Shown here: one piece after another, positions 50,006 through 60,154 of the stretch
How the letters are laid out: every line of letters begins with the position of its first letter
Numbering within the stretch: the stretch's first letter is position 1
Source: an uncultured Dehalococcoidia bacterium
Lineage (GTDB): Bacteria; Chloroflexota; Dehalococcoidia; Lucifugimonadales; UBA3495
Length of the DNA: 64,000 nt
Assembly (NCBI GenBank): GCA_964587795.1
Contig: CAZPMU010000004.1
Location: 15,142 to 79,141, forward strand
Reading direction: 5' to 3'
The notes under the pieces: generated by a model
What the model was told of the DNA's origin: nothing
The model's input: the letters and a program-made list of their open reading frames with translations, nothing else
Database searches by the model: none
Program-made: the position numbers and the translations under genes

Positions 50006-50791
50006 ATGGATTTAACAGGAAAGGTAGCCATTGTAACCGGGGGAAGCCGGGGCATTGGCCGGGCCGTAAGCCGCGGGCTGGCATTTGCCGGCGCCAAAGT
50101 GGTGGTAGCCTCGCGCACCGAGGAAGAAGTTGGACATGGCGCCGAGTTTGAACGGTACGCTGCCGGCAACATCCACGATACGGTGCAGAGCATTATTGGA
50201 GATGGTGGGGAAGCCGTGGCCGTAAGGTGCGACGTTACCAATCCCTCGGACCTGCAGAACCTGGTGCGGACGACCGTTTCCCACTATGGGGGCATTGACA
50301 TCCTGTTCTCCAACGCGGGTATTGACTGCGAGTCTCCCGTGGTTGACCTGGACCCGGATTTGCTGGACCGGGCGCTGGCGGTGAACGTGCGAGCGCCCCT
50401 GCTGCTGTGCAAGTTCGCGCTTCCCACGATGCTGGCGCGGAGTTCCGGGTCCATAATCGGAGTAACCTCCGGTTCGGCCAGGGGTTACCGGGAAGGCCGC
50501 GTGGCCTATTCCATGAGCAAGGCAGCCCTGGAGCGTATGTTCCTGAGCATGGCGGAAGAGCTAAGGCCCCACAACATCGCCGTCAACCTGTTCAGTCCCG
50601 GACGGGTGGATACCTGGATGAACCGGCGTGGCGACTGGCCCGGAACCGGCCACATACCCATGGTCCAGCCCGACGAGGTAATCGACGCCGCGGTTTGGCT
50701 GGCCGGACAAACAGCAGGGACTTTCACGGGGCAGGTGGTGGAACGGGCCGACTTCGGAGTAACGTGGGGCGCGGGAGCGGTGGCTGGATAA
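50006..50791 (+). CDS. SDR family oxidoreductase
   Basis: VTGGSRGIG, NAGI, YSMSKAAL. An alternative TTG start at 49991 overlaps the DUF35 stop. Confidence 0.8.
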   Translation: MDLTGKVAIVTGGSRGIGRAVSRGLAFAGAKVVVASRTEEEVGHGAEFERYAAGNIHDTVQSIIGDGGEAVAVRCDVTNPSDLQNLVRTTVSHYGGIDILFSNAGIDCESPVVDLDPDLLDRALAVNVRAPLLLCKFALPTMLARSSGSIIGVTSGSARGYREGRVAYSMSKAALERMFLSMAEELRPHNIAVNLFSPGRVDTWMNRRGDWPGTGHIPMVQPDEVIDAAVWLAGQTAGTFTGQVVERADFGVTWGAGAVAG

Positions 50792-50874
50792 AGCAGGAAG
50801 TCCAAAGCCGCCGCTTGTTAGCGGCTTTAGGCGCCGAATGACATGGCAAAAATACGACACGAGGAGGCGACCCG

Positions 50875-51183
50875 ATGACCACGCCCAACCCGGCCAGTGA
50901 AGTAGCGCCCAAGATGGCGGAACTCAGCGCCAACGTACTGTTTGGCGACGTTTGGGAACGGCCCGAGCTTTCAAAGCGGGACCGCAGCATGATTACCGTG
51001 GCAACCCTGGTGGCCCTTTACCGCACCCACCAACTGCGCGGCCACATTAACCGGGCCCTGGACAACGGAGTGACCCGGGAAGAAATTGGAGAGATTATCA
51101 CTCACATGGCGTTCTACGCCGGGTGGCCCACCGCAGCCAACGCCGTGCGGGTGGCCAAGGAAGTGTTCGACTCACGCCAATAA
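50875..51183 (+). CDS. Carboxymuconolactone decarboxylase (CMD/AhpD-like) family protein
   Basis: LSKRDRSMITVATLVAL....GVTREEIGEIITHMAFYAGWP. Confidence 0.75.
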   Translation: MTTPNPASEVAPKMAELSANVLFGDVWERPELSKRDRSMITVATLVALYRTHQLRGHINRALDNGVTREEIGEIITHMAFYAGWPTAANAVRVAKEVFDSRQ

Positions 51184-51273
51184 GGCGCTGAGATCCGGAG
51201 AACTCGGCGTGAAGGGGCAGGCTCCCGGGCCTGCCCCTGGTTCTTTTAGGTTTGCTTGCCACGAGCAACAGGT

Positions 51274-52143
51274 TCAGGACATGGCCCGCGCCGCCGACAA
51301 AAACTCCTGGGCTTCCATGTAGCCCCTTTCGCCGCCGGGGCGGATTGAGGGAAGGAGGTAGACGTTGCGCATTGAGGACTCCAGAAACTGGGAGTAAACC
51401 TCGAGCGCCAGGTCAACTCCCGACCGTCCTGCGGCCAGTCCCTGCTGAAGCCAGGCAGGGACCGCCCCAAAAGCTACGCTGTCTCCCTCCAGCATTTGCA
51501 GTCCCCAATAGACGGGCGACGGACAAGGGACGCCCGAAAGCTCCTCATACGCGGCCAGGAAGCGGGCGGCATCTTCCGGGTCGTACACTGGCTGGGTAAT
51601 CAGGAATCCCGCTCCGGCATTAACCTTGCTGATTGCCAGCGCAGCCTGGGCGCAGACGTCCCGCCCCAAATCCACGGTAGCCCCGATACAGAATTCCGTG
51701 GGCGAGAGCAGCCTGCGGCCTCGAAAATCAATTCCCACGTTCATCCGGGAGATGTGCGAGATCAGCTCCGTAGGGCGGTAGTCGGCCACGGCGGCAACTC
51801 GGGCTGCGTCGGATGCGGAGAAGGGATCGCCCTGGGCCACTGCCACATTTTCCAGCCCCTGCATTTGGGCTCCCAGCAGGTAGGACTGCAGCGCCAGCCG
51901 GTTCATGTCTCGGGTAAGCAGGGCGAAGACAACCTCCCTGCCGGTACGCTGCCGCAGCATCGCCGCCAGCATGGCTGAATCGGCGCGAACGGCCCGCCCG
52001 GGGTTGCGGTTCACCAGGAGAAAGTCGGCTTCGGGAATAGGGCAGGGAATATCCTCGGGGTTACCGGAGCGAGGAGGAGAGAAATCGCAGATGAAGGTGG
52101 TCTTTCCAGTGACCTCGAATCCGGCGTCGGTTACCCTGGTCAT
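51274..52143 (-). CDS. Methylenetetrahydrofolate reductase (MetF)-like TIM-barrel protein
   Basis: Family-level resemblance (LITQPVYD and GDP...motif regions). Function not assignable. Confidence 0.5.
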   Translation of the reverse strand: MTRVTDAGFEVTGKTTFICDFSPPRSGNPEDIPCPIPEADFLLVNRNPGRAVRADSAMLAAMLRQRTGREVVFALLTRDMNRLALQSYLLGAQMQGLENVAVAQGDPFSASDAARVAAVADYRPTELISHISRMNVGIDFRGRRLLSPTEFCIGATVDLGRDVCAQAALAISKVNAGAGFLITQPVYDPEDAARFLAAYEELSGVPCPSPVYWGLQMLEGDSVAFGAVPAWLQQGLAAGRSGVDLALEVYSQFLESSMRNVYLLPSIRPGGERGYMEAQEFLSAARAMS

Positions 52144-52215
52144 TGGCTGCCGCCTTTTTTGCCCACGCGGAAGTGCCTGGCTGATGAGTAAGGGCGCCGA
52201 CCCGGATAGCGGCAG

Positions 52216-52965
52216 TTAAGAGTCCAGTTGTTCGACATACTCCCGGAATATGCGCATGGACTTCTGCTCAGTCATCCCCAGGTAGAAGCGGATGCCCTGG
52301 ACGTATTCGACCACGTCCCGGGGGAGCATGAGCAGGTTTTCCCTGGGTTCAGCAATGTGGTAGAGGTTGTCCACGCCGTCTTCCAGCCCCACGTACAGGG
52401 TGTCTTCCAGCACCGCCAACTGCTGGGAATCTATGCCGTGCCTGGCCATCCAGCGGGCATAAACGAAGGGAAGGCGAGTCCAGGCAAACCACTCTTCGCC
52501 CAAGTCGTAACGGTGGGGAAAGCCACGAGCCCCGCGGCGCTGGCGCAAGCCCCGGTCGCCCATTACCATGAAAGCGTCGTGCTCATCGCGCAAGCCCACG
52601 TATTCGGCCGGCTTTACCTGGTATTTCTGCTCAAGCAGGACCTGGAGCAGCTTGACCGAGGTCTTCGAGTCATCAATCAGGGCAACGCGGGCGCCACCCA
52701 GTTCCTCCACGGGCGTCTTGGAGTAAAGAAATACACTGCCGGACCGGTCGGTGCTGGCAATGCAAAAGCCACCGACGGGCTGCAGCAGGTCCTCTTTTTC
52801 GTAGGTGTCCACCACGGGCACCAGCGAAGCGTCGATTACGCCCTGTTCAATGTCTTCAACAGCGCGGTTGGGCATAGTATCCACCAGTTGCATACCCCTC
52901 CGCTCAGTATCGAAGTAGAAGGGTTCGCAGATCATGTAGGGAATTCTGCCCACTTTCAATGACAT
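52216..52965 (-). CDS. MqnA/MqnD/SBP-fold family protein (chorismate dehydratase-like)
   Basis: KVGRIPYMICEPFYF...GVIDASLVPVV pattern of PF02621-type proteins. Confidence 0.5.
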   Translation of the reverse strand: MSLKVGRIPYMICEPFYFDTERRGMQLVDTMPNRAVEDIEQGVIDASLVPVVDTYEKEDLLQPVGGFCIASTDRSGSVFLYSKTPVEELGGARVALIDDSKTSVKLLQVLLEQKYQVKPAEYVGLRDEHDAFMVMGDRGLRQRRGARGFPHRYDLGEEWFAWTRLPFVYARWMARHGIDSQQLAVLEDTLYVGLEDGVDNLYHIAEPRENLLMLPRDVVEYVQGIRFYLGMTEQKSMRIFREYVEQLDS

Positions 52966-53176
52966 ATCGGTAAGCCGCTCCTAGTCACCTGTTATCAGTT
53001 GCTTGTGTAAACCGGACCCACGTTCCGAATTTGCTCCAGGCCATACCGATTTTAGGTTGGCCGGTTATGACAGTCAAGGCAACCTGGGTCGGCCGGCAGT
53101 TTGATTGACGGTGGACGTAAAGGTAAACTGGGGCCACCTGGCACCAACTTCGCTGAGATGAATCAAGGAGAGCGTA

Positions 53177-53731
53177 ATGTCGCGAATACCCCTGCCTACA
53201 TCGGATAGCATACCGGAAAACCTGCGAGACGTTTTTGAAGAGATTAACGGCGGGCCCGACGGCGTGGGCACCGGCCCCATGTCCATTCTGAAGCACAGCC
53301 CGGAGATGGCACGGCGCGCCATACCCTTCTGGGAATACGTGCGCAACGAATCCACCGTGCCCCATCAAATGCGAGAACTGGCCATGCTGGTCACGGCGCG
53401 GGCCAAGGACTGTGTGTACATCTGGGACCGCCACGTGCCCATTGCCCGGCAGTCTGGGCTGAGCAACGAGCTTATCGACGCCCTGCGGGACAGGAAACCA
53501 CTGCCGGCACTGTCCCCGTCCGAAGCCGCCATAATAAACCTTGCCAATGAGTTCTTTACTGGCAGCAAGGTGAGTGAGGGAACTTTCCGGGCGGTGCATC
53601 AGCAGTTTGGGACCCAGGCAATGGTGGAACTGGTGACGTTGATGGGGTATTACGCCATGCTGGCCTTCAATGCTAACACCATTGACCTGCAACTGTCCCA
53701 CGAATCGGACGAGCCTCCTCTTCCGGTCTAG
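53177..53731 (+). CDS. Carboxymuconolactone decarboxylase (CMD/AhpD-like) family protein
   Basis: RELAMLVTARAKDCVYIWDRHVPIA core. AGGAG RBS. Confidence 0.7.
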   Translation: MSRIPLPTSDSIPENLRDVFEEINGGPDGVGTGPMSILKHSPEMARRAIPFWEYVRNESTVPHQMRELAMLVTARAKDCVYIWDRHVPIARQSGLSNELIDALRDRKPLPALSPSEAAIINLANEFFTGSKVSEGTFRAVHQQFGTQAMVELVTLMGYYAMLAFNANTIDLQLSHESDEPPLPV

Positions 53732-54045
53732 GTCGGGTCATCAAGTGACGGGGTACCTGCTGCCTTGGCAAGAATCCTGCGCTGGACTGGCGGTGTTCTT
53801 GTAGTCTCAGCAGGCGCGAAACAGTACGCTGGAAGTTACTGAGCGGCAATTTGTCAGCAGGCCCGGGCGGCGCGCCGCACTTGAAGTGATGGGTTGGAAA
53901 TTAACCGCCCTTCCGGCAAAAGCCCGAATCTGCAGCAGATGGCGAACCTGGGAAACTCAAGGGGGCAAGATTTTGGGCCCGCCCGGGGCGGATAATGGAT
54001 TGGAACAGAAGGGAGTCGGAGCGCCTGAAGTGGTTACGGGCGCAC

Positions 54046-54075
54046 TTGACATGCCCAAGGCGGGAGTTTTAACAT
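54046..54075 (+). promoter_or_regulatory. Candidate promoter of the tRNA cluster
   Basis: TTGACA - 18 nt - TAACAT, about 87 nt upstream of tRNA-Ala. Pattern match only. Confidence 0.3.
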
Positions 54076-54161
54076 TCATACAGGTACCGGGGAGTGTTTC
54101 CCTTACCGGTGGCGGCTCGGTCGCGGAGGCTTTTGAAGTTTCCGGCTGAGGGCAAAAGCCC

Positions 54162-54237
54162 GGGGATATAGCTCAACTGGGAGAGCGCGGCGTTCGCAAT
54201 GCCGAGGTTGGGGGTTCGAGCCCCCCTATCTCCACCA
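54162..54237 (+). tRNA. tRNA-Ala (anticodon CGC), CCA encoded
   Basis: Hand-folded. Acceptor GGGGATA/TATCTCC with the G3:U70 alanine identity pair, loop TTCGCAA, T loop TTCGAGC. Confidence 0.85.
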
Positions 54238-54241
54238 ACCT

Positions 54242-54317
54242 GCCCCTGTAGCTCAGAGGATAGAGCGGCGGCGTCCTAAGTCGCGCGTCGGGGGTTCGAG
54301 TCCCTCCAGGGGTACCA
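54242..54317 (+). tRNA. tRNA-Arg (anticodon CCT), CCA encoded
   Basis: Hand-folded. Acceptor GCCCCTG/CAGGGGT, anticodon stem GCGGC/GTCGC, loop GTCCTAA. Confidence 0.8.
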
Positions 54318-54337
54318 TTTTCAACAACTTTAACCGC

Positions 54338-54415
54338 AGGAGCGTAGCTCAGTCTGGTCAGAGCGCTGGTCTCCAAAACCAGTGGTCGGGGGTTCGAATC
54401 CTCCCGCTCCTGCCA
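54338..54415 (+). tRNA. tRNA-Trp (anticodon CCA), CCA encoded
   Basis: Hand-folded. Acceptor AGGAGCG/CGCTCCT, loop CTCCAAA, discriminator G. Confidence 0.85.
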
Positions 54416-54522
54416 ACTTCTTCCAACTCACATACCGAGCTTGATATCCCAAAAGAGGGTCCAAGGACCCTCTCTTCTTTTATGCGGCATTGGCCCCCCA
54501 ACTGGACAACGAGGGCAAGAGT

Positions 54523-56502
54523 ATGAGCAGCGCGTTAGCTTCGGACATGGTGCGTTACCTGATTTCCGTGGCCGACCCAGCGCTGGCGCCCGACGGGTCC
54601 CGGGTCGTCTTCACTTACGGCTGGGTTGACCAGGAGTCCATGGAGAGCCGGTCGCGTCTGCGCTTGCTACACCTTGACGAGGGTGGAGCTGGACGGACTG
54701 TAGAGTTCACCCAGGGGTTGCGAGACAGTTCCCCCAAATTTGCTCCCGACGGTCGCACCATTGCTTTCCTCAGGCCTGACGAGGCCGGCAGGCGCCAGAT
54801 CTGGTTGATTGCGGCGGATGGCGGGGAAGCAAGGCAGTTGACCCATGCTACCGGGAACATCATCGAAATGGCGTGGTCGCCGGATTCCCGCCGGCTGGTT
54901 TACTCGGGAGACGTGGTCCCTGGGGAAGATGGCTTGCAGGATGGCGACAGCCCTCTGCCCCGGGTAAGCGTGGCCCGGCGCATCAAGTACCGTTATGACG
55001 GGCTGGGCTGGCGCGGCGACGCCCACTTTCACCTCTTTGTCGTCGAAGCGGAAAACAGCGGGGTGAGCCAGTTGACCGAAGGCGATTGGGATGACCATCT
55101 TCCCGCTTGGTCGCCGGACGGTAGCCGCATTGCCTTCGTTTCAAGCCGGCGGGAGAATCGGGACATTACCAGCAGCGCCGAGGCCTACGTCGTATCGGTA
55201 AATGGGGACGCCGGCGAGCTGGAACGCTGGTCCGACGGACTGGAGACGGTGGGTTCCCTGGCGTGGTCGCCCGACGGCCAGCGGCTGGTTGCAGCCGGTT
55301 CTCCGGCCAGCCATGGCCTGGGCCTCTGGCAAAGCTGGCTGTACCTGCTGGAGCGGGGAGAGATGCCCCGGAGGTTGACCGACGACAGCATCCGGCCCTG
55401 CCTGGGAATTCCCGGCATAAGCCCCACCCCGGAAATGGTCTGGCTCCCTGATCACCGCATAGTTTTCCTTGGGGAGACCCGGGGGCAGTCTTACTTGATG
55501 GGGGCATCAATCGAAGGCAATGGGGTTCAGAGGCTGGCCGGCGGTGGAATGCAGTCTCCGATGGTCTCTTTTGATGGCATGGGCCGAAACGCGGTTTTGG
55601 TCTCCAACTCTCCCACATCGCCGGCTGACCTTCAATGGGTGGACCTGCGGGATGGCCTGGGCACCCGTCTCACCGACTACAATGACTCCTACCTGGCCGC
55701 CCACCCGCCGGCCCGGCAGGAAAAGTTCAGCATTCACCGGGACGACGTGGAGATCGAGTGCCGGCTCTACTTCCCCCCCGACTTCGACGATTCACGGCGT
55801 TACCCACTGGCCCTGGAAATACACGGCGGACCCAACGGCGCCTTTTACGACTCCTTTGTGCCCCTGCAGCAACTGCTGGCGACCAACGGTTACATTACCC
55901 TGGCGGTGAACCCGCGGGGTTCTTCCACCTACGGCGACGACTTTATGACGGCGGTGCTGGACGACTGGGGTGGAGAGGACTACCTGGACCTGATGGCAGC
56001 GGTGGACGAGGCGGCCTCCCGGCCATACGTGGATGAGACTCGAATGGGCGTACACGGCTACAGTTACGGCGGCTTTATGTCCAGCTGGATCGTGGGGCAC
56101 AATCGCAGATTTCGCGCCGCGGTGGTGGGAGCGCCCTGTACCGATTTGGTGAGTATGTACGGCACCTCGGATATCGGGGTCAGCTTCGGCGAGGTTCAGT
56201 GGGGAGGCACCTTTGAAGAAGCCTGCCAGAAGCTGGTGGACCATTCGCCCATTACCTACGTTTCTAACGTGGCAGCCCCCGTCCTGCTCCTGCACGGAGA
56301 GGCGGACGTTCGTTGCCCGATTTCCCAGAGCGAGGCCTATTTTGTGCGGCTGAAGCGGCTGGGAAAGGTGGTGGAAATGGTCCGCTTTCCCGGCTGCTCC
56401 CACTCCTTCCCCCGCCAGGGCCACCCTAAACTGAGAGAAGAGTATCTCGCCCGGACTCTGGAGTGGTTTAACAGATATGTGGGACAGCAAGGGGCAGGTT
56501 AA
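54523..56502 (+). CDS. S9 family serine peptidase (acylaminoacyl-peptidase/prolyl oligopeptidase-like) with N-terminal beta-propeller
   Basis: Repeated SPDG propeller motifs. Catalytic GYSYGG, HGEADVRCP and CSHSF. Confidence 0.85.
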   Translation: MSSALASDMVRYLISVADPALAPDGSRVVFTYGWVDQESMESRSRLRLLHLDEGGAGRTVEFTQGLRDSSPKFAPDGRTIAFLRPDEAGRRQIWLIAADGGEARQLTHATGNIIEMAWSPDSRRLVYSGDVVPGEDGLQDGDSPLPRVSVARRIKYRYDGLGWRGDAHFHLFVVEAENSGVSQLTEGDWDDHLPAWSPDGSRIAFVSSRRENRDITSSAEAYVVSVNGDAGELERWSDGLETVGSLAWSPDGQRLVAAGSPASHGLGLWQSWLYLLERGEMPRRLTDDSIRPCLGIPGISPTPEMVWLPDHRIVFLGETRGQSYLMGASIEGNGVQRLAGGGMQSPMVSFDGMGRNAVLVSNSPTSPADLQWVDLRDGLGTRLTDYNDSYLAAHPPARQEKFSIHRDDVEIECRLYFPPDFDDSRRYPLALEIHGGPNGAFYDSFVPLQQLLATNGYITLAVNPRGSSTYGDDFMTAVLDDWGGEDYLDLMAAVDEAASRPYVDETRMGVHGYSYGGFMSSWIVGHNRRFRAAVVGAPCTDLVSMYGTSDIGVSFGEVQWGGTFEEACQKLVDHSPITYVSNVAAPVLLLHGEADVRCPISQSEAYFVRLKRLGKVVEMVRFPGCSHSFPRQGHPKLREEYLARTLEWFNRYVGQQGAG

Positions 56503-56583
56503 TGGCCCCAGCATCAATTTGCCGATTGCGCGGTCCTAAATATCATAAGCGTTGAAAAGTTTGTTGAAGTGGTGGAGGTTGAT

Positions 56584-57342
56584 ATGGCTTCGACAGGTTC
56601 TCAGTTGATGCCCGGCACCCGGGTCGCTGGCATATCCCTGATGGCGGGCGTGGTCGTGGCCTTCTTTCCGTCTCTGTTAACACCCGGTGGCTGGCTGATC
56701 AGCCCCGTGGACCAGACCAATTACGCGGAAACCCTGGAAGTGCTGTCCAGGCACCCCAGTCTCGCCCACGTGGCCGCCATGGCGGCAGCCATATCCATGC
56801 TGCTGTACGGCTACGGGCTATTGGGACTTTGGGGCCTGCGTACCGTACCGGGCAGCAAACTCTCTTCCCTGCTGCACTATGGCATCATCACCAGCCTGTT
56901 TGGTTGGGGCATTTTTCTCATTGCCATGGGAAAGCGCCACATGACGGTACACCTGATTCAACGCAGCACGGAAGCTGCCGGAAATCCCGAACTGCAAGAC
57001 GTGCTCTTCAATGCGGCTCTGAACGGTTATGCCGACATGGCAGGCCTTATACTCGCTTTTCTTTCCATCTACCCCTTTGCTTCCATGATGGTGGGAGTGG
57101 GGCTGGCTCCCCGGTTCAACTCGATGAACATATACAAGATTGCTTCCATCGGCCTGTTCGTGGTCGGGGCCGCAGGATTCATCAACTTCGTGGTTGCCCA
57201 GCATTATCCTGCCATCGCTCTCGACCTGCTGCTGGGCGTCAACAATTCACTGCTGTCGATTGGCGCGCTCTGCCTGTTCATTGTGGGCGTGGGTATGTAC
57301 CGGCAGAGACGGGAGTTGCTGCCGGACGATGCGGCGAACTAA
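56584..57342 (+). CDS. Hypothetical integral membrane protein
   Basis: About six hydrophobic segments. ATG 56584 lies 5 nt after GGAGG. Confidence 0.55.
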   Translation: MASTGSQLMPGTRVAGISLMAGVVVAFFPSLLTPGGWLISPVDQTNYAETLEVLSRHPSLAHVAAMAAAISMLLYGYGLLGLWGLRTVPGSKLSSLLHYGIITSLFGWGIFLIAMGKRHMTVHLIQRSTEAAGNPELQDVLFNAALNGYADMAGLILAFLSIYPFASMMVGVGLAPRFNSMNIYKIASIGLFVVGAAGFINFVVAQHYPAIALDLLLGVNNSLLSIGALCLFIVGVGMYRQRRELLPDDAAN

Positions 57343-57359
57343 CGGCGAGAGGTCGGAAC

Positions 57360-58616
57360 TTGGCATCGAAGGCTACTCAGCCGACTGACCTTCACCCTGA
57401 AAAAGGGACGGGCCCCCTGGCCGGAGTGCGCGTAATCGAATGGGGCAGCCTGGTGTCCGCGCCCTTCTGCGGCAAGGTTCTGGGCGAGCTGGGCGCCGAT
57501 GTAATCAAGATTGAGCCTCCGGGGATTGGAGACGAAGGTCGCAGGCGCGGACCCTTTCCCGGAGGCGTTCCCCATCCCGAGCGGAGCGGGCTGTTTCTCT
57601 TTGCCAACCTGAACAAACGGGGCATCACCCTGGACGTCGAATCCCCTGGGGGACGGCGCATCCTGGCAGACCTGCTGGCAACAGCCGACATTTTCGTCGA
57701 AAACCAGGCCTTGTCCCGAATTGAGGATGTGGGACTGGGCTTTGAATCATTAAAGGCCACTCATCCTGGGCTGATAGTCACTTCCGTATCCCCCTATGGC
57801 CGCAGTGGGCCATACAAGAACTACAAGGGCAGCGACCTGACGGCCAACGCCATGAGCGGCCTGAGCTTCGGTACCGGCCACACCCATCGGGAACCCTTGA
57901 CCACTCCCCTGCACCAGGCCAGCTACCTGGCGGGGGTGGGGGCAGCCTTTGCCAGCATCGTCGCGTTGCTGGGACGGGACCTTAACGGCCAGGGGCAATC
58001 GGTGGACGTGGCGGAGGCGCAGGTGATTGGGACACTTTTGACCGGTTATCACCTCCCCACCTATATTTACCGGGGCGTGGCCGGCTTCCGATCGGGCAAC
58101 CGGATGCGCCTGGGCCTGTTCCCCAACTGCGTCCTGCCCTGTAAAGATGGCTACGTCTGCATTGACGCGCCGCAGATGGAGCAATACCGGCGCTTCCTTG
58201 ACCTGCTTGGAGAGCAGGACTGGATGGAAAATCCCCGCTACCGGGACCGGCGGGCAATGAGCGACCAGTATCCGGAAGAAGCAGAGGCGCTGATCGCACC
58301 CTGGTTCATGGAACGCACCCAGCAGGAAATCCTGGAGGCCTGCCTGGCCCACCGCATACCCTGCGTGCCGGTGCAGACCTTCGACGCAGCCTTGGAAGAT
58401 CCGCAGTTGACTTACCGGAAGTTCTTTGACGCCGTGGAACACCCGGCGGCAGGGCATTTCCGGTATCCTGGCCCGCCCTACCGGTTTTCGGCGACGACGC
58501 CCCGCCTGGTGAGGCCGGCCCCGCAATTGGGTCAACACAACGAGGAAGTGCTGGCGGGTGAACTGGGAATAAGCCTGGCGGACCTGGAAAGACTGTCCAG
58601 AGAAGGAATTATCTGA
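57360..58616 (+). CDS. Family III (CaiB/BaiF) CoA-transferase
   Basis: GVRVIEWGSLVSAPFCGKVLGELGADVIKIEPPG and LGQHN. TTG 57360 is the only start codon between the upstream stop and the conserved N-terminus. The 595-aa ORF-track version was rejected. Confidence 0.8.
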   Translation: MASKATQPTDLHPEKGTGPLAGVRVIEWGSLVSAPFCGKVLGELGADVIKIEPPGIGDEGRRRGPFPGGVPHPERSGLFLFANLNKRGITLDVESPGGRRILADLLATADIFVENQALSRIEDVGLGFESLKATHPGLIVTSVSPYGRSGPYKNYKGSDLTANAMSGLSFGTGHTHREPLTTPLHQASYLAGVGAAFASIVALLGRDLNGQGQSVDVAEAQVIGTLLTGYHLPTYIYRGVAGFRSGNRMRLGLFPNCVLPCKDGYVCIDAPQMEQYRRFLDLLGEQDWMENPRYRDRRAMSDQYPEEAEALIAPWFMERTQQEILEACLAHRIPCVPVQTFDAALEDPQLTYRKFFDAVEHPAAGHFRYPGPPYRFSATTPRLVRPAPQLGQHNEEVLAGELGISLADLERLSREGII

Positions 58617-58661
58617 CGCCAGTCCCGCCTACATCACAATCAAGAGATTGAGCTTGAAGCC

Positions 58662-59936
58662 ATGAACGCAAGCAATTTTCCGGGTGGAACGGACCAGGCA
58701 ATGCTGCCGCTGTCCCGCTACCGGGTGGTGGACTTTGGAACCGCGTGGGCCGGACCCATGGCTGCCCAGCTTCTGGCAGACCTGGGAGCCGAGGTGATCA
58801 AGGTGGAGAGCCGCGAGAGAATGGATGGGCTGCGCCTGGGCCGGCCCATAGTGGGCGATGATTTAGCCGGTGGCGACCGGGGCCTCTGGCCGGAATTGCA
58901 GCCCGTCTTCCACGGGATAAACCGCAACAAAATGAGTGTTACCCTGAACCTGAAGACCGACGAGGGCCTGGCGCTGGTGCGGGAATTGCTGGCCCGCAGC
59001 GACGTGGCCGTCAACAACTATTCGCCCGGGGTGCTGGAAAGGCTGGGCCTGGGCTATGGCGATGTGCAGCAACTGCGCCCGGACATCATCCTGGTGTCCA
59101 TGCCTGCCATGGGGGAAGTGGGCCCGCTGCGCGGCGTGCTGGCCTACGCGCCCATCATTCAGGCCCTGTCAGGGCTGATGAGCGTGGTGGGCTACTCGGA
59201 GGATGAACCGCTGGTGGGCGAGTTGCAGGCGCCCTGGAGCGACGTGATGGCCGCCATTCACGCCGCGCTGGCTACGGTGGCCGCACTGCGACACCGCAAT
59301 CTGACAGGCCGGGGCCAGTTCATCGAGATTGCCCAGCTGGAAGCCACCACGTCCATGCTGGGAGAGGCGTTCCTGGATTACCAGATGGCCGGAACCACTC
59401 CCAGGCCCAGGGGCAATTTTGACCCGGCTTACGCCCCGCACAACAACTACCCCTGCGCCGAACCAAACCGGTGGGTGGCCATAGCAGTGGGCGACGACGC
59501 GGAATGGCGGGCTTTCCGGGAAGCCCTGGGCAATCCTTCCTGGGCAACAGAGGGCAGGTTTGCCACCCTGGACGCCCGGCTGGAAAGGGTGGAGGAACTG
59601 GACGCCCTGGTATCGGACTGGACCCGGCAGCACTCCGCCAGCGACATTACGGAACTGCTGCAGGCCCATGGCGTTGCAGCCATGCCGGTAATGAACATCG
59701 AGGACCAGTTTCTGGACCCCCACCTTCAGGAACGGCAGGCCTACCTGGAGGTGGAGCACCCCCACGTGGGGATTGAGTGGCTTTACGGTATGCCCTGGCT
59801 GCTGGGCTCAACCCCCGGAGGCATCAGAAGACCCGCGCCCCTGCTGGGACAGCATAACGACTTTATTCTGGGTGAACTGCTGGGGCTGCCTGCCAAAGAG
59901 ATTGAGCGGTTGCAGGCTGAACAGGTAATTTACTAA
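58662..59936 (+). CDS. Family III (CaiB/BaiF) CoA-transferase
   Basis: YRVVDFGTAWAGPMAAQLLADLGAEVIKVES and LGQHN. Confidence 0.85.
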   Translation: MNASNFPGGTDQAMLPLSRYRVVDFGTAWAGPMAAQLLADLGAEVIKVESRERMDGLRLGRPIVGDDLAGGDRGLWPELQPVFHGINRNKMSVTLNLKTDEGLALVRELLARSDVAVNNYSPGVLERLGLGYGDVQQLRPDIILVSMPAMGEVGPLRGVLAYAPIIQALSGLMSVVGYSEDEPLVGELQAPWSDVMAAIHAALATVAALRHRNLTGRGQFIEIAQLEATTSMLGEAFLDYQMAGTTPRPRGNFDPAYAPHNNYPCAEPNRWVAIAVGDDAEWRAFREALGNPSWATEGRFATLDARLERVEELDALVSDWTRQHSASDITELLQAHGVAAMPVMNIEDQFLDPHLQERQAYLEVEHPHVGIEWLYGMPWLLGSTPGGIRRPAPLLGQHNDFILGELLGLPAKEIERLQAEQVIY

Positions 59937-60154
59937 ACCAATAACCGGGCAGAATTTGCAATGCGAGCCCGGTTGCTGTGGCCGGACCGAGAGCGCCAAA
60001 CTCCCAAGTTGCTATGCTGAGTGAAGCGAAGAATCCAAAATCCTTGCTTAAAGTAACCTTCCAGGCCTTCAGGATTTCGAACTCTCCATTCCGTTCAGGG
60101 TGACAGTCTTGCTGATGCAGGTCTTTCTTTAGGGCTTCCTATATTGGACCTGGC

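Noticed and set aside
56829-57359. 5' third of the 595-aa ORF 56829..58616
   Set aside because: It overlaps the membrane-protein gene in another frame and has no similarity to CoA-transferases. The conserved N-terminus begins just after TTG 57360.
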